Part shown: positions 61,352 to 64,000 of the stretch, piece after piece
How the letters are laid out: every line of letters begins with the position of its first letter
Numbering within the stretch: position 1 is the stretch's first letter
Origin: Alphaproteobacteria bacterium
GTDB taxonomy: Bacteria > Pseudomonadota > Alphaproteobacteria > MPNO01 > UBA830
Direction: 5' to 3'
DNA length: 64,000 nucleotides
Assembly: GCA_965243135.1 (NCBI GenBank)
Contig: OZ251539.1
Location: 4,864,001-4,928,000, forward strand
Notes under the pieces: generated by a model
Seen by the model: the letters and a program-made list of their open reading frames with translations, nothing else
Told to the model about the DNA's origin: nothing
Database searches by the model: none
Position numbers and translations under genes: made by a program

Positions 61352-62503
61352 TCAGATGCCCGGGACGCCGTCGAGAAGCGCCGCGGTCGCCGCCGCGATC
61401 ACGGCCTCCTCGTCGGTCGCGATCACGTGCGCAGATCGGTTCGACAGGGTGATCGTCGGCGCGTGCGCCGCGTTGGCCGCCGGGTCGAGTTCGAATCCAA
61501 GCCAGGCGAGAGCCTGGATCGTCCGCTCGCGGATCGGGGCCGCGTTCTCGCCGATGCCGCCGGTAAAAACCAGGGCGTCGAAGCCTCCCAGAGCCGCCGC
61601 GGCCGCCGCGACCTCCTGCGCGAGGCGATCTACGAACATGGTCACCGCGAGGCTGGCGGACGCATCGTCGCTCGCCAGCAGGTCGCGCATGTCCGACGAG
61701 ACGCCCGAAACGCCCAGCAGGCCCGATTGCCGATTGAGCAGGGCGTCGACCTTATCGACGTCGCCGCCGTGCCTGCTCACCAGCCAGAGCACGGCGCCGG
61801 GATCCAGCCGGCCCGGCCGGCGGCCCATGACGAGGCCGTCCAGAGGCGTGAACCCCATCGACGTATAGGCCGATTTTCCGTCGGCGACTCCCGCGAGGCT
61901 GCAGCCGTTGCCCAGATGGCAGATCACGATCCTTCCGCTCGCCCGCGCGCCGAGGACCTCCGGCAGGCGCGAAACGACGCGCTCGTAGGACAACCCGTGG
62001 AATCCGAACCGGCGGAGCCCCTCGCGCGCGTACGTCTGCGGCAACGGCATGAGTTGCCGGTGCTCGGGAATCGCGCGGTGAAACGCGGTGTCGAAGCAAG
62101 CGACCTGCGGCAGGCCGGGCAAGGCGGCGTCGACGGCGTCGATGCCAGCCAGATTGTGAGGTTGATGCGACGGGGCCAGCGGCGCCAGGTTTTCGATCTG
62201 CTTGCGAACTTCCCGATCGATCCGCACCGGTCCGGCGAACCGGGTGCCGCCGTGCACGACCCGATGCCCCACCGCGGCGATCCTTCCCGCCCGCGGCGCG
62301 ATGCGGTCGCGGATCAGATGGGCGACGATGGCGTCGTGGCGCTCGATGCCGGCCGGCAGGCCGCTTCCGTCGTCGAAACGCGGTTCGAGCCCGCTGCCGA
62401 TATTCTCCACGTAGCCGCGATGCAGCGGCGCGCGCCGAAGGTCGAATAAGGCGAACTTGACCGAGGACGAACCGCAATTGATCGCCAGCAGGGTTTCGGT
62501 CAT
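61352..62503 (-). CDS. ackA: acetate kinase
   Basis: INCGSSSVKF, GHRVVHGG, FDTAFH, HLGNGCS, VFTGGIGEN, TDEE. Confidence 0.95.
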   Translation of the reverse strand: MTETLLAINCGSSSVKFALFDLRRAPLHRGYVENIGSGLEPRFDDGSGLPAGIERHDAIVAHLIRDRIAPRAGRIAAVGHRVVHGGTRFAGPVRIDREVRKQIENLAPLAPSHQPHNLAGIDAVDAALPGLPQVACFDTAFHRAIPEHRQLMPLPQTYAREGLRRFGFHGLSYERVVSRLPEVLGARASGRIVICHLGNGCSLAGVADGKSAYTSMGFTPLDGLVMGRRPGRLDPGAVLWLVSRHGGDVDKVDALLNRQSGLLGVSGVSSDMRDLLASDDASASLAVTMFVDRLAQEVAAAAAALGGFDALVFTGGIGENAAPIRERTIQALAWLGFELDPAANAAHAPTITLSNRSAHVIATDEEAVIAAATAALLDGVPGI

Positions 62504-62656
62504 CCGAACTTCTCCCGAACGGGCCGACGCGCCATCCAATCAGCCGAACCGCCGGTCCGCAAGGCCGACGGCGGGCCCGGTCGGCAGCGTCGCCTCGCGG
62601 CGGCCGCGAATTCGCGCTATTTTGGAGATATCGGGTCCGCAGCAGGGAGTGTCGCC

Positions 62657-63778
62657 ATGGCGAGCAGCGAGGGTCTGCGCGAAGTCGGGTTCTTCGACTG
62701 CGCTGGAGGAGGGCAGGTGCGCGTCGACGGCGCCACCGCCTATATCGGACACATGGCCAATCCGTTCGGCACCAGCATCGTCGACGTCTCCGATCCGGCC
62801 AACCCCGCGCTTCTTTCCCATGTCGGCATGCCGGCCGGAACGCATGCGCACAAGGTGCACGGGCGCGGCGACATCATGGTTCGCAACCACGAACTGATCG
62901 GTCCCGGCAAGCCGGACGATTTCGCGACCGGCATCGGAATCTACGACGTATCGGACAAGCGCAATCCAAGGCCGATAACGACCTGGGACACGGTCGGCCG
63001 CGGCGTGCATCGCTTCGATTTCGACGGCCGGTACGTCTACTTCTCGTCGACCGTCGAGGGCTTCAGGGGTCCGATCATGGTGGTGCTGGATCTGCAGGAT
63101 CCGGCGAACCCGGAAGAGGTCTGCAAATGGTGGATTCCGGGCCAGTGGGAAGCGGGCGGCGAGGAATACGCGTGGGCGAACGGTCCCGAGCCGCGCTGCC
63201 ATCACCCGCTGCGGATGGGCGACCGCCTGTACGTCAGCTACTGGCATCACGGCTTCTTCATCCTCGATATCGCCGATCTGGCCAATCCGCGCCTTGTGTC
63301 GGGCTTCAACACCGGCCCGACCTTTCCGCACCCGACGCACACCGCGCTGCCGATTCCTTTCGAGGTCAAGGGCCACAGGATCCTCGTCGTCGCCGACGAG
63401 GACGTCGCCAAGTTGCGTCCGCATGCCCCTGCGTTCGCCTGGATCGTCGACGTCACCGACGAATCCAACCCGATCCCGATCTCCACCTTTCAGGTCGCAG
63501 GGCTCGACCCCGACGGCGCGCCGCAGCAGCCCTATACCGGCTGCCATCAACCCTGCGAAATCGTGACCGGAGAGGTCATTCCCTTCGCCTGGTTCGCGAA
63601 GGGTCTCAGGATGATCGACATCTCGGAGCCGCATGCGCCCCGCGAAACGGGTCATTTCGAGCCGGATCCGCAGCCGGGCTGCGACCGCCTCTGCGCGAAC
63701 GACGTCACCGTCGACGACCGCGGATTGATCTACGTGATCGACAGGCTGCGGGGCATGCACATCGTCGAGCCCGCGTAG
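62657..63778 (+). CDS. LVIVD-repeat beta-propeller protein
   Basis: Repeats IVDVSDPANP, IYDVSDKRNP, VLDLQDPANP, ILDIADLANP, IVDVTDESNP. Confidence 0.85.
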   Translation: MASSEGLREVGFFDCAGGGQVRVDGATAYIGHMANPFGTSIVDVSDPANPALLSHVGMPAGTHAHKVHGRGDIMVRNHELIGPGKPDDFATGIGIYDVSDKRNPRPITTWDTVGRGVHRFDFDGRYVYFSSTVEGFRGPIMVVLDLQDPANPEEVCKWWIPGQWEAGGEEYAWANGPEPRCHHPLRMGDRLYVSYWHHGFFILDIADLANPRLVSGFNTGPTFPHPTHTALPIPFEVKGHRILVVADEDVAKLRPHAPAFAWIVDVTDESNPIPISTFQVAGLDPDGAPQQPYTGCHQPCEIVTGEVIPFAWFAKGLRMIDISEPHAPRETGHFEPDPQPGCDRLCANDVTVDDRGLIYVIDRLRGMHIVEPA

Positions 63779-64000
63779 AGGAGGCCGGCGTCCCGTCGGC
63801 GGGCGACGCCCGCCCGTCCATCCATCTTCCCCATTGCCGGGCGTCGTGAGGAAAAATCTCCGCGTATTGGCGCAGTCACGAAAAATTATTTCTAAAATCG
63901 ATGAAGCACTCAGAAAATTAGAATTTATTTTCAATAGTACCGTTTTTTGCGGTTGAATTTTGCGATTGCCGTTCTTAACTTCGCGGCACGGGCGAAAATC

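Noticed and set aside
63840-64000. AT-rich stretch at the window end
   Set aside because: Could be a promoter region or an element end, but it is truncated by the window edge
1-64000. tRNA or rRNA genes
   Set aside because: None recognised by eye

Overview
GC-rich alphaproteobacterial chromosome segment. The core gene order (mutY-DUF721-dsbA-smc, atpIBEF'F, gcvT-H-PA-PB, ispH-thrB-rnhA, surf1-M32-thrC-M16) is typical of Alphaproteobacteria. The ankyrin, NHLP-type RiPP precursor and many decayed elements suggest a host-associated lineage, possibly a sponge symbiont (inference). Bases 1-19,100 form an accessory region: an HTH-SNF2-DUF3883 helicase, decayed Mu-like prophage genes, a hipA remnant, two Fic genes, an atypical UbiD, a large surface lipoprotein behind a poly-G promoter, and an ankyrin-Rpn nuclease followed by two stand-alone copies of its own C-terminal domain with different heptad-repeat numbers. 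That last locus is the best candidate for an undescribed system. The rest is mostly housekeeping, with a glycine riboswitch and a ROSE thermometer. It is interrupted by an IS1202-type element with a 17-bp target duplication, a 397-bp MITE splitting a Schlafen/AlbA_2 gene, IS1380/IS1634 remnants and an orphan NHLP/proteusin-like precursor. Family assignments come from motif recognition by eye; no database search was run.
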